Positions 1 to 8,424 of a stretch of DNA of 39,405 nucleotides are shown here, piece after piece. Every line of letters starts with the position of its first letter. Positions within the stretch are counted from its first letter, which is position 1. Source of the DNA: a virus (Duplodnaviria > Caudoviricetes); IMG/VR virus record IMGVR_UViG_3300044878_000251, positions 1-39,405 of that record. One strand, 5' to 3'. The translations under genes and the position numbers were made by a program. The notes under the pieces are model-generated. The model was given only the letters and a program-made list of their open reading frames with translations. It was not told the DNA's origin and searched no databases.

Positions 1-106
1 CGTCGGCGCGGTCGACTTGCTCTTCATAGGGCAGCAGTTCCTTCTCGACGAAGCTGCGTACCGAGTCCACCAACATTTCTTGTTCTTGGGTCAGTTGGAA
101 ATTCAT
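1..106 (-). CDS. Acyl-CoA dehydrogenase, N-terminal part (runs off window)
   Basis: CAT at 104-106; translation MNFQLTQEQEMLVDSVRSFVEKELLPYEEQVDRAD is a typical ACAD N-terminus; downstream of an enoyl-CoA hydratase. Confidence 0.85.
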   Translation of the reverse strand, partial: MNFQLTQEQEMLVDSVRSFVEKELLPYEEQVDRAD

Positions 107-146
107 GGTGCTACCTGTTGTTCGTGTGCTGGGAGATGGAGAGGAA

Positions 147-938
147 TCAACGACCGATGAAGCGTGCCGGGCGTTTTTCCATGGCGGCGCGCAGGGCTTC
201 GTTGCCGTCCTCGCTGCGACCGCAGAGCAGGCCCGCGGCGAGTTCGGCTTGCAGTTGTTCCTCCAAGCTGCGTTCGGCGCCTTCACGCATGAGTTTTTTG
301 GTCTGGGCGAAGGCAAAGGTCGGGCCGGCAGCCAGGCGTGCGGCCAGTTCACTGGTGACCGTCAGCAGTTGCTCGTCGGCGCAAACTTCGCCGACCAGGC
401 CGGCGGCCAGGGCACGCTCGGCGCCCCACAATTCATCGAGAAACAGCAGGCGCTTGGCCTGTTCGCTGCCGATCAGGCGTGGCAGGTGCCAACTGGCGCC
501 CGCATCCGGCGAGTACGCCATGCTGGTGTAGCCGGCCTTGAAGCGGGCCGATTGCCCAGCGATGCGCAGGTCGCAGCACAGGGTCAGGTCCATCCCGGCG
601 CCGACGGCAGTACCGTTGATGGCGGCGATGGTGGGTTTTTCCAGGCTGTGCAGGCGGGTCATCAAGGCGTGGGCGGTTTCGGTCCAGCCGTAGGTTTCCA
701 ACGCGCCCCGGGCTTCGGCATCGGCCCATTCGTCGAGGTCGGCTCCGGCGCAGAAGCTGCGGCCACTCCCGGTCAAGACCACCACGCGCACCGCTGGATC
801 GGCATTGAAGGCATCGAGCAAGGTGTGCAGGTTTTTCAGCGTCGGAATGTCCAGCGCATTGCGCTGGGCAGTGCGATTGAGGGTGATCCAGGCAACGCCT
901 GCTTCGACCTGGCTGAGCAGCGACGATTGAGTGGTCAT
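147..938 (-). CDS. Enoyl-CoA hydratase/isomerase (crotonase family)
   Basis: Motifs FCAGADL, IAAINGTAVGAGMDLTLCCDLRI, PDAGASWHLPRLIG; likely start MTTQSS at 938 rather than 1043. Confidence 0.93.
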   Translation of the reverse strand: MTTQSSLLSQVEAGVAWITLNRTAQRNALDIPTLKNLHTLLDAFNADPAVRVVVLTGSGRSFCAGADLDEWADAEARGALETYGWTETAHALMTRLHSLEKPTIAAINGTAVGAGMDLTLCCDLRIAGQSARFKAGYTSMAYSPDAGASWHLPRLIGSEQAKRLLFLDELWGAERALAAGLVGEVCADEQLLTVTSELAARLAAGPTFAFAQTKKLMREGAERSLEEQLQAELAAGLLCGRSEDGNEALRAAMEKRPARFIGR

Positions 939-988
939 GGGAATCCTCGAGTTATTGTGATTGGTCTGAGGTGATGCGACTTGAGGCC

Positions 989-1018
989 ATACTAAACGAG
1001 TGTTCAGTAAGGCGGCAA
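989..1018 (-). promoter_or_regulatory. Putative sigma70 promoter of the hydratase operon with an overlapping palindromic operator
   Basis: Minus strand TTGCCG-18 bp-TAGTAT; imperfect dyad ACTAAAC-GAGT-GTTCAGT (991-1008) overlaps the -10 box and spacer, TetR-operator-like (inference). Confidence 0.45.
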
Positions 1019-1160
1019 TCGGCGAGGAAATGGGCTGTAACAAGCCGACGCGAATACCAAGCTATTGGTTTTATTAGATATTTTTCGGATTGCGAGGGAT
1101 GTGCCGATGGTGTTGTTACAACTTTGAACAACTGGGGACAGGTTGATGCCACGACACAAT

Positions 1161-1192
1161 CCAGCTTGCCGGCGAAGGCGATTACACGGAAG
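1161..1192. repeat. Left arm of a REP hairpin split by the prophage, ending in the GGAAG target duplication
   Basis: GCTTGCCGGCGAA (1164-1176) is the inverted complement (1 mismatch) of TTCACCGGCAAGC at 37329-37341; GGAAG at 1188-1192. Confidence 0.75.
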
Positions 1193-1286
1193 TGTAAGCG
1201 CGCGCCGGATTTGGCATCGCTTAACGCACTATTTGGCACTAACTCCGCGTCTACACATACACAACCTTTAGCGGAAGGTTTGGCAC
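1193..1286 (+). promoter_or_regulatory. Prophage end (Mu attR-equivalent) with three putative transposase-binding sites
   Basis: ATTTGGCA at 1209 and 1231 (22-bp spacing) and GTTTGGCA at 1278; first site is 16 bp in from TG, mirrored at the other end. Confidence 0.7.
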
Positions 1287-1359
1287 CAGGCGCATCACAG
1301 AACGAGATACGGGCAACCGCTCTCTAGAGTGAGCCGCTACCACGGTAAATTGATGCGAG

Positions 1360-2172
1360 TCAGTAGCCTGGCGCCCTTCCTATCGCCCGCCAATGGATGG
1401 TGGCACCAAACATTCCGCTGTCATTGAAGAGCTTGTATTGCGTGGCACTGATGGCCAGCGCACCGGCATCGTTGCCATCGGCTTCCTGATTGTTAGGCGT
1501 CACCTTATTGCCAAAGCAGTTGTAAACCTCGGCAAAGGGCGTCGGGAAGTCGATGGCGCCGCTCACACTGTCCGGGCCGCAATAGCCGCTGCCCCACTGC
1601 TCCAGAAACCCGGTGGCTTTATCCAGGCGCCAACCCGTGGCCGCCATCAACGCGGTGTTTTTGTCTTGCTTGGTCGCTTCTAGGTCGTCGATCAGCGCTT
1701 GCTGGGCCGCCAACGCGGCGTCGATCACCGCTTTGGTATAGGCGTCGCCAATCCCGTAGCCGGCCAGAGTGGTGGCGTTGTTGGCTTTTTCCGCCAGCAG
1801 GGCGTTCACCGCTGTCTTGGTATAGGCATCGCCAATCCCGTAGCCGGCTAGGGTGATGGCGTTGTTGGCTTTCTGCGACAACAGCCAATCGGTCTCTGGC
1901 TTGGTGTACGCATTCAAAATGCCGTAGCCGGCCAGCGTCGTGGCCTTCAGGGCGAAGTTCGCGCCCGAGGCCTGAATCGCCTGCAGCAGTTGCGTGGGGT
2001 CATTGGCGTTCAGCGCCGGCAGATAGGCCAGGATGGCGTTGGCCAGCTCTTCCTGGATCAGGTTGAGCCATTCGGCCTTAACCGGCGTAGGCGGTACTCC
2101 TCCAGCTTGAGTGCCGTAGCGAAACAACCCATCGGGGGTACACATGTCGGTAAAAGCTGAAACTCTCTCCAT
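1360..2172 (-). CDS. Short tail fibre protein (Mu gp49-like N-terminus, fibre repeats, gp53-like C-terminal domain)
   Basis: N-terminus ...GVPPTPVKAEWLNLIQEEL typical of Mu-type fibres; three TTLAGYGIxDAYTK-type repeats; C-terminal EQWG...FPTPF...WRAIG; start ATG 2172. Confidence 0.85.
   Translation of the reverse strand: MERVSAFTDMCTPDGLFRYGTQAGGVPPTPVKAEWLNLIQEELANAILAYLPALNANDPTQLLQAIQASGANFALKATTLAGYGILNAYTKPETDWLLSQKANNAITLAGYGIGDAYTKTAVNALLAEKANNATTLAGYGIGDAYTKAVIDAALAAQQALIDDLEATKQDKNTALMAATGWRLDKATGFLEQWGSGYCGPDSVSGAIDFPTPFAEVYNCFGNKVTPNNQEADGNDAGALAISATQYKLFNDSGMFGATIHWRAIGRAPGY
1713..1945 (-). repeat. Three tandem 84-bp (28-aa) repeats inside the tail fibre gene
   Basis: TTGGT[A/G]TA units begin at 1733, 1817 and 1901; encode KANNA[T/I]TLAGYGIGDAYTK-like units. 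Confidence 0.85.
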
Positions 2173-2186
2173 TATCTTTACCCCCT

Positions 2187-2909
2187 TTAAATGACAATGG
2201 ATCGGCGAGCGCAATACGCTTTTAACCAGGCATACAGCGTCGCCAGCTCGACATCGGTGAGTTTCCGGTTAAACCCCAAGACCGCATACACTTCCGTCTT
2301 GCCGACGTAACTGGCGCTGTTGTAGCCACCGCCGATGCGCATCGGGCTGCCCAGCGAAGGAGTGCCGAGGTTCGCCTGCTTGCCGACCTCGCCCTTGGTC
2401 AGGTTATTCAGGATAACGTCGGCCCCAGCGCCGATGGAGTTGCGCAGGGCCAGACAGACCGGCGCCCCAACCACCAGCGCAGTTGGCGTTGTGGCGCCCG
2501 CGCCATTGGTGTCGGTGCCGCGAAAGGCACTGACGAGCATATTCGAACTGTAGGCGATCGCGACTTTGCGCGTTGTCCCGTCGGTGGTCGACACCAGGTT
2601 CCCCACCGGAATACTGGCCACCGCTTCAACCGGCTTAAACGCCACCAGCAAGGTCATTTCATTGGCATCGGCCATCGCCGATTGCACATAGTTAGTCGCC
2701 CCTTTCAGCGACACACTATTGGGATTGATCGTCGGCACCCCGACGCCGGCACTGACCGGCTTGCCATAAGAAAAGTTGCGCAGTGAATTATCCAGCGTGC
2801 CACCAAAGAAGTGTGCGATCTCTAAGCCGGTGGTATCAATCGGGCAGCCGGCCCAACCCAGCGCCTTGTCACGGAACGAACCATTGTTATCTTTAATTAC
2901 GACGGTCAT
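2187..2909 (-). CDS. Tail-associated beta-sandwich protein (LamG/concanavalin-like), probable tailspike partner
   Basis: 240 aa, beta-rich, C-terminal MRIGGGY...VYAVLGFNRKLTDVEL resembles LamG-like ends; between tailspike and fibre. Confidence 0.6.
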   Translation of the reverse strand: MTVVIKDNNGSFRDKALGWAGCPIDTTGLEIAHFFGGTLDNSLRNFSYGKPVSAGVGVPTINPNSVSLKGATNYVQSAMADANEMTLLVAFKPVEAVASIPVGNLVSTTDGTTRKVAIAYSSNMLVSAFRGTDTNGAGATTPTALVVGAPVCLALRNSIGAGADVILNNLTKGEVGKQANLGTPSLGSPMRIGGGYNSASYVGKTEVYAVLGFNRKLTDVELATLYAWLKAYCARRSIVI

Positions 2910-2921
2910 CAGTGTTACTCC

Positions 2922-4682
2922 CTAAGCCTGCTCTAAGCAGTCGACAATATTTTTAAAGATTTGCAGGTGCCCGGGATCATTCGGGTGCAAGCCATCCGCC
3001 AGGAACACTTCGCCCGCCAATTTCTGTTTGAGCGTGGCGCGGTAGTTATCGATATAGCCACAGCCCACATCCGCCGCCACTTGCGCGACCATGCGCGCCA
3101 CGTCGGCTTGCGAATACTTCGCCGTAACCAGCGATGGGTAATCTGTATCGGCATAGTTAGCGGCCATCAGCACCAAACTTTTGCCGCGCACTTTCGTGAT
3201 GTAATCGGCAATCGCCGCCAAGTTGCGCTTGGTTCTAACCGGGTCATTAGGCTCCGTGGTCTGCTGACGGTCATTGGTGCCACCCTGGAAAATCACATGG
3301 GTGTCGTCATTCGCCACCGAGGCCGGCAGCAGACTGCCGGTCGGCAACCACTCCTGAGTGTTGGTGCCGATCAAGCCGTCATTGGCGACGCGGATTCTTC
3401 GGATGCGCTGGATCGCCTCAAACGCCACCGCGCCGGTGCAGCGCAGCTCTACAGAGTGTCGGCCAAAGGGCAAAGTCAGCGTGACGGTTTTGCCATAGGT
3501 GGTGGTGGCATTGGTGGCGATGACCGTGCTGTTGACCACCCCATCCACCAGCACGGCGAAGCTGCCGGCGTCAGGCGCCTCGCGGTACACCAGCGTGAAG
3601 CCGGTGCCCACCGTTTCGAAACACAGCGCGTGGGCATCGGGCACCACACACAACGCCTCCAAGGCTGCGCTGGCATCGACGCTGACAGCCTTGCCAGTGA
3701 CCGCCCGCGTGGCGACATTGAGCACCGAGACTTTCGCCGAGGTGGACACATCCACGGTGTGCGCCGCTGTGTACAACGCCACGCCAGGCGCCGGACTGCT
3801 CATGACACCGGACGAATAACGTGCGCCGAGGTACTGGTGCAGCAGGTTCGCCCAACTCCGCGAAGTGAGGTTATTACGGATATCGGTCAGAGCATGGCTG
3901 CGCGGGTCGACCGATCCGCCGCCGGTGACCGTCATGCCCCAGACAATCGAATCACCACCCAAGCGGACATTGACATCTTCCAGCTCATTGGCCAGTGACG
4001 CCCGCAACGCGGCCAGCACCGCCGCGCCTTTCGGCAGGCCCACCGCCTGCGCCAGCGGATCAAGCGAAAAGTGAAAGCCGTCCGCATCCATCACACTGAA
4101 CGCGGAACTGACATTCGGCAGTGCCTGGCTGAGAAGCGAAAGCTGCTCCCCCAGAAAGCCCGTTTTGCCGATCTCAAACGCCCCGGTTTTAAGCAGACCG
4201 TCAGTGTGTACCTGGAGTATTTCAAAACCGTCCTGGTCCGCGACTGACGCGCCAATGGCTGGCACGCTGCTGGATGGCGAGATCAGGCCCAGCACATCGT
4301 TGACCGCCGTCGCATTGGGATAGCTGTCTTCATAAACCGCCACCCCCGCCATGTTCCGATATAACAGTAGCAACTCTTTCGACGCCGGACTGGGCACGCT
4401 GAAGTAACCTTTGTCCACCGTATGCAACAAACCAACAGCAGTAGACTCATAGGTCATCGCCCCGGCCATCTGCGAAGCAACTTCGACCAGCGCCGAGGTA
4501 ACTTTCTCCTGAGCCTGCACCGCTTGTTTGGCCAGCGTCGGCACCAAACCAGATTCGGTCGGTACATCTGTCAACTCATCACCGTTGACTATCTGTCGCT
4601 GCGTTTGCGCCGAGGCACTAGCCAGCGCTGCCGCTTCGGACAACTGGCCAGCATAGGCCAGCAGGGATTCAATGTCAGACAT
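2922..4682 (-). CDS. Tailspike with SGNH/GDSL hydrolase (esterase/deacetylase) domain
   Basis: SGNH blocks GGDSI, NDGLIG, GGTNDR, DGLHPN; tailspike-type N-terminus DVPTESGLVPTLAK...GYFSVPS...LYRN; located in tail module. Confidence 0.8.
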   Translation of the reverse strand: MSDIESLLAYAGQLSEAAALASASAQTQRQIVNGDELTDVPTESGLVPTLAKQAVQAQEKVTSALVEVASQMAGAMTYESTAVGLLHTVDKGYFSVPSPASKELLLLYRNMAGVAVYEDSYPNATAVNDVLGLISPSSSVPAIGASVADQDGFEILQVHTDGLLKTGAFEIGKTGFLGEQLSLLSQALPNVSSAFSVMDADGFHFSLDPLAQAVGLPKGAAVLAALRASLANELEDVNVRLGGDSIVWGMTVTGGGSVDPRSHALTDIRNNLTSRSWANLLHQYLGARYSSGVMSSPAPGVALYTAAHTVDVSTSAKVSVLNVATRAVTGKAVSVDASAALEALCVVPDAHALCFETVGTGFTLVYREAPDAGSFAVLVDGVVNSTVIATNATTTYGKTVTLTLPFGRHSVELRCTGAVAFEAIQRIRRIRVANDGLIGTNTQEWLPTGSLLPASVANDDTHVIFQGGTNDRQQTTEPNDPVRTKRNLAAIADYITKVRGKSLVLMAANYADTDYPSLVTAKYSQADVARMVAQVAADVGCGYIDNYRATLKQKLAGEVFLADGLHPNDPGHLQIFKNIVDCLEQA

Positions 4683-5280
4683 TGTTCGTACTCAAGTTAA
4701 AGGGCAAAACATAATTCACAGAGTTGAATAGTTGGTCGACTGCTGCACTAACTTCATCCACTACTTCTTTGCCATAACCAAAGATAACTTCGGTATTTCC
4801 CGGACGGCGTTCATTTATGCGGTATTCCATAGAGGCATTGAAATAGGCTGTTAGCGGTGATTCCAGACGCCAGGTATAAGGCCAATCACCCGAATAGATG
4901 GGGTCACCAGTGTTCAGCAAACCTACAACTGGAATCCTGAAGTTCTTAATGGTGGCAGGCACGCCGAACAATGAAGCCAAGCGGATAAAGTACGGAATGG
5001 ACTGCCCACCAAGATCGCCCATGGCCGCAAGAACGTCCTGAACCCGCTCGTCTTGAGTCGCATCAAGTGCCGGAGTCAGTCCATAGATCCGCTCCCAGTC
5101 AGCAATAAACTCCCCAGCAGTCTCCGGAAAAATCGCCCTCTCAACCACCTCAAGACCGGCTAAAGCATCTCCTAAAACTGCTGCATCACCAGCCAGCTGA
5201 GCTGTTAAGTTTCTGCCGTTGGGGTCGTATGAAACTGGCGGCAACAACGTCTGGAGCTGCTCAATCAAAATTTCGCTCAT
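4675..5280 (-). CDS. Baseplate protein Mu gp48-like (YmfQ/DUF2313)
   Basis: QLQTLLPP...FPETAGEFIADWERIYGL...GGQSIPYFIRLA; follows gp47; start 5280 overlaps gp47 stop. Confidence 0.88.
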   Translation of the reverse strand: MSEILIEQLQTLLPPVSYDPNGRNLTAQLAGDAAVLGDALAGLEVVERAIFPETAGEFIADWERIYGLTPALDATQDERVQDVLAAMGDLGGQSIPYFIRLASLFGVPATIKNFRIPVVGLLNTGDPIYSGDWPYTWRLESPLTAYFNASMEYRINERRPGNTEVIFGYGKEVVDEVSAAVDQLFNSVNYVLPFNLSTNNV

Positions 5281-6344
5281 GCCATTGCTTCCAAATTGAC
5301 CGCTCCAAGACGAATCCACTTAACTGTCGATGGATCATCGGATGCTGAAATATTGTTTGGAGGATTTACCAACTGAAGATCTATAACCCCAGCCAAGCTG
5401 CTGAAAGCCGCTGTTAGGCGAAGGATGTAGAGGGTTTCCAGCGGGACCAGAGGATCGATCACTCCAGCAGCAGCATGCTCCGACGGCGCTTGCAGATCGG
5501 CCAAGGCGAACCCGACCTGAAGCTTGAGACGAACCTGCAGATCAACGGTAATAACAGCGGGTGTGAATACCCAAATATCCGCACCAGCGGGCCCTACTGT
5601 TTCGATATATGCCTGGCACGCCGCGATGACCGCTGCAGAAGAAGGGCTTCCCGCAGACGTGATCACCACGTCAATCGCGTTACCACCACGACGCTTCGGA
5701 ATGATTAAGGCGGTCGAGACGCCGTCTACGGACAATGCCCAGCGGCGATAGTCAGCAATCGATCCGCCGCTTGGTGGATGGCGAAGAACGTCTAGGTAAC
5801 GCCCAAGTAAACTTTCTTGGATTTCGTCGTCAGTGCCGCCAGCCAACACGGCAAGGGTGCAACTCCCATCGATCCCAAGTGGTGGGCTGGTCAGGATTGC
5901 AGCACCCTCCAATCCATTTAGTGAAGCACCGCTTTCCGCAGTGGTGACTGGAGCAACACCGGCCCCATCAGATCCAATCGTTACACCAGCCGTTGTGAAC
6001 AGCACCGTCCCTGTAGCGATGAGGCGCACCTGAGAACCCACTGGCAACGGAACACCAGGGCTTCCGCTGACTGCTATTGAACTGCCTGCGGCGGTGGCTG
6101 ATTTCGGATAAACACCGCGAGTGGCTGCGTGCTTCTTCAGCTCATCGAAGTCGGCAGTGTCAGGGAATATTTGCCTCGCGGTCCAAGAACCCTGCTGATG
6201 AATGCCCTCGGCAATCGCCGACGCGGCGCTTGCGCGAACGAAGTTATCACTATCACTGGTGATGTCTGCGTCCGACTCAAGCGAACGAATTTCCCGCAAA
6301 GCGCGGGCGCGGATAGAGTCGAATTTGGGAGCGTCGTAGGGCAT
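5277..6344 (-). CDS. Baseplate J/Mu gp47-like wedge protein
   Basis: QIFPDTAD...GGTDDE...PPSGGSIADYRRWALSVDGV motifs. Confidence 0.92.
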   Translation of the reverse strand: MPYDAPKFDSIRARALREIRSLESDADITSDSDNFVRASAASAIAEGIHQQGSWTARQIFPDTADFDELKKHAATRGVYPKSATAAGSSIAVSGSPGVPLPVGSQVRLIATGTVLFTTAGVTIGSDGAGVAPVTTAESGASLNGLEGAAILTSPPLGIDGSCTLAVLAGGTDDEIQESLLGRYLDVLRHPPSGGSIADYRRWALSVDGVSTALIIPKRRGGNAIDVVITSAGSPSSAAVIAACQAYIETVGPAGADIWVFTPAVITVDLQVRLKLQVGFALADLQAPSEHAAAGVIDPLVPLETLYILRLTAAFSSLAGVIDLQLVNPPNNISASDDPSTVKWIRLGAVNLEAMA

Positions 6345-6691
6345 CAGATTACGCTCGCGAGATGTTCAAATGTCTGCCTGCCGGCCGGGGTGTAAACCTC
6401 GACCAAAAGCTTTAACCAGCCGTCACCAGCGCGCTCTGCCGTGATGTTTATAGAGGTCGCTCGACCGTCATCGATCAAGGGCTTCAACGCGACTTTGGCG
6501 TACTGTATGGCAAGGCCGCTAACGCGGGCTTTGTCCTTCTCCCTTTTCAGCTCATGCAGACGCGAACCGAGTTCGGGCGCAGCCCAGTAGCTTCCGAGGG
6601 GAGTCATGAGGCGTAGATAGACGGCGTTTGCCAGCGTCGTAATGCGCTGCCCCGTCGAATCGCCAGTAGTTGGGTTTATGCCTGCGTCCAT
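6344..6691 (-). CDS. Baseplate protein Mu gp46-like
   Basis: LANAVYLRLMTPLGSYWAAPELGSRLHELKREK...ALKPLIDDGRA. Confidence 0.9.
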   Translation of the reverse strand: MDAGINPTTGDSTGQRITTLANAVYLRLMTPLGSYWAAPELGSRLHELKREKDKARVSGLAIQYAKVALKPLIDDGRATSINITAERAGDGWLKLLVEVYTPAGRQTFEHLASVI

Positions 6692-6698
6692 GCCAGGC

Positions 6699-6747
6699 AG
6701 ATTGCCCCGCGTGCGCGCGGGGCTGCGTTTCTTACATATGCAAGGCT
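6699..6747 (-). promoter_or_regulatory. Putative activator-dependent late promoter for gp46 and downstream baseplate/fibre genes
   Basis: -10-like CAATCT 7 nt upstream of the ATG; dyad TTTCTT-N8-AAGGCT at 6728-6747; same 29-bp offset as copies at 18175 and 28686. Confidence 0.6.
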
Positions 6748-7309
6748 ATTGCTGAGGAGATGGCGCCGGACCGTTCGGGTGGCCGTGGCCATTGTAGAGT
6801 TCGCGGTCTTCCTGCATGGTGCGAGTGTGATCGGAGATATCGCCGTCTGCCTCGATGTTGCCTCCTACCTTAACGCTGCCCGTAGCCTCTATCAGAGGCG
6901 TTTCAAAGCGAACCTTCGTCCCGGCTTTGACCAGGAGCGTTTCTGTTACCACCTCGACCACTCGACCGCGCTTGAGGTGAACGTAATCGCCTTCATCGCT
7001 GTATAAAGCCACCTCGCCATCCTTGAGCGTGACCCTGTAACGACCATCCTCGCTCGCCACCACAACGGTATGCTTGCTGTTGCCACCGACCGGGATCGCA
7101 ATGTATTCGGCACCAGCCAGAGGTGCCGAGGTGAAGCCGTAGTGCTGGAACAACTCCCCTGAGACCGTCTCACCTGCAAGCCCCTGCATATCAACCCCAA
7201 TGAGCTTTCCGTGCTTGTTACGGGCAGCCACGGCGCGAAAGGCCTGGCGAAACTGTCGCCTCTCTCGACTCGCCTGTTCGCGCATCATTCGTGTCATCGA
7301 CATTTTCAT
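6746..7309 (-). CDS. Baseplate central spike, Mu gp45-like
   Basis: ELFQHYGFTSAPLAGAE...GEVALYSDEG; C-terminal HxH metal site (NGHGH). Confidence 0.9.
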   Translation of the reverse strand: MKMSMTRMMREQASRERRQFRQAFRAVAARNKHGKLIGVDMQGLAGETVSGELFQHYGFTSAPLAGAEYIAIPVGGNSKHTVVVASEDGRYRVTLKDGEVALYSDEGDYVHLKRGRVVEVVTETLLVKAGTKVRFETPLIEATGSVKVGGNIEADGDISDHTRTMQEDRELYNGHGHPNGPAPSPQQ

Positions 7310-8424
7310 AGCCCCTTAATCAGTTCGATGAACGCGGCGTCCTGGTTGGACTTGCCCTTGTGCTTCTTCACGGGATTGCCATCCAGCACCCACATTTTGT
7401 CTTCGCGCAGGCGCAGCTCAGTAATGGCGCCTTGGCCACGGGTCAGCCGAAGGGTGCGCGACATCAGAAAGTAAGTGTCATCCAGACCATGCGGCTCGCT
7501 TCGCACCTTTACGCGCTGACCAGGTGCCCACACCTTGCCGCTGGCAGAGCGATGGCCTTTGACCAAGGCGCGAATCTCGAAGCCTTCCAAGCGACTATCG
7601 GCTAACAGCTTACGAGCACGGGTGGTGGCCATGTCCTGGCTCTCACTCGAACTGTCCACGATCACCTTCGGCCGGAATATCCCGCGCTTGGCCAACGTCT
7701 CGTCTTGTATGACCGAACGCAGGTGAGACCGCGTCGTATCGAAGACGTCGTTGTCATACTGACCATGTTGTCCCAGGACAGTGATCTGGCTGTACCGATT
7801 GGCGATGGAGCGCCTGACTGAAAGCCGCTCGACGTTGTTGCCTTGACCGTCCAGGTTCAACACCAGCGCATGAACCGGCGCACTGGCGTAGTCGGGACCG
7901 CCCATCACCAACCGACCATCAGGCTCAAACCATGGCCAAAGCCCATTGGCCTCGGCAACTTGCAGGAGCGCCTCCCAGGCCGACTGGCCTGGCTCAATCT
8001 GGATGCGCCGCCGCGTCTTTGCCGACGCGGCCCTGATCTCGATTTTGCTTACGCCCAGCGGCTTGACCACTTGGCTGACGATGTCTGCCAGCGAGGCCTC
8101 GCGCATCGCAACGAATGGGCAAGAACAATCCACTAAAGGTGCGGCACCGTCACGGCCATTGATACGGATGGCGATGCCTTGGCGAGATATATCGTGTTCA
8201 AACTCATCGATTTGGCCTGTCAACACGCGATCACCGCCAAGGGTCAGGATGCACGGCGCACCTTCGACCAGGACACTCGGCAGTTGATTCGTCTCGCGGG
8301 TGTACAACTCCATCTCAAAGGCATCGGAAGGAGTAAGCAGATCCGATTCAACCGACCAGCCGTCCCACGTCGCATGGGCTAGCCCACCAATGGTCAAGGT
8401 GATGGCTTCATTTGGCGTAGGCAC
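7306..8424 (-). CDS. Baseplate hub, Mu gpP/gp44-like
   Basis: WDGWSVESDLLTPSDAF...GRDGAAPLVDCS...IEPGQSAWEAL; Mu synteny N-P-45. Confidence 0.9.
   Translation of the reverse strand: MPTPNEAITLTIGGLAHATWDGWSVESDLLTPSDAFEMELYTRETNQLPSVLVEGAPCILTLGGDRVLTGQIDEFEHDISRQGIAIRINGRDGAAPLVDCSCPFVAMREASLADIVSQVVKPLGVSKIEIRAASAKTRRRIQIEPGQSAWEALLQVAEANGLWPWFEPDGRLVMGGPDYASAPVHALVLNLDGQGNNVERLSVRRSIANRYSQITVLGQHGQYDNDVFDTTRSHLRSVIQDETLAKRGIFRPKVIVDSSSESQDMATTRARKLLADSRLEGFEIRALVKGHRSASGKVWAPGQRVKVRSEPHGLDDTYFLMSRTLRLTRGQGAITELRLREDKMWVLDGNPVKKHKGKSNQDAAFIELIKGL

Noticed and set aside
105-974. 289-aa plus-strand ORF and other long antisense ORFs (2961-3998, 16339-17169, 30565-31218, 22741-23313)
   Set aside because: Shadow frames of well-supported minus-strand genes in GC-rich DNA; no motifs
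1193-1359. Searched for mom/com, Dam methylase or Gin invertase at the tail end
   Set aside because: Only 167 bp remain, holding end sites; ORFs 971-1327 and 952-1239 cross the junction and are spurious
1713-1945. Regular 84-bp repeats as CRISPR array or DGR template/variable repeats
   Set aside because: In-frame coding fibre repeats with synonymous-type differences; no cas or reverse transcriptase gene in the window
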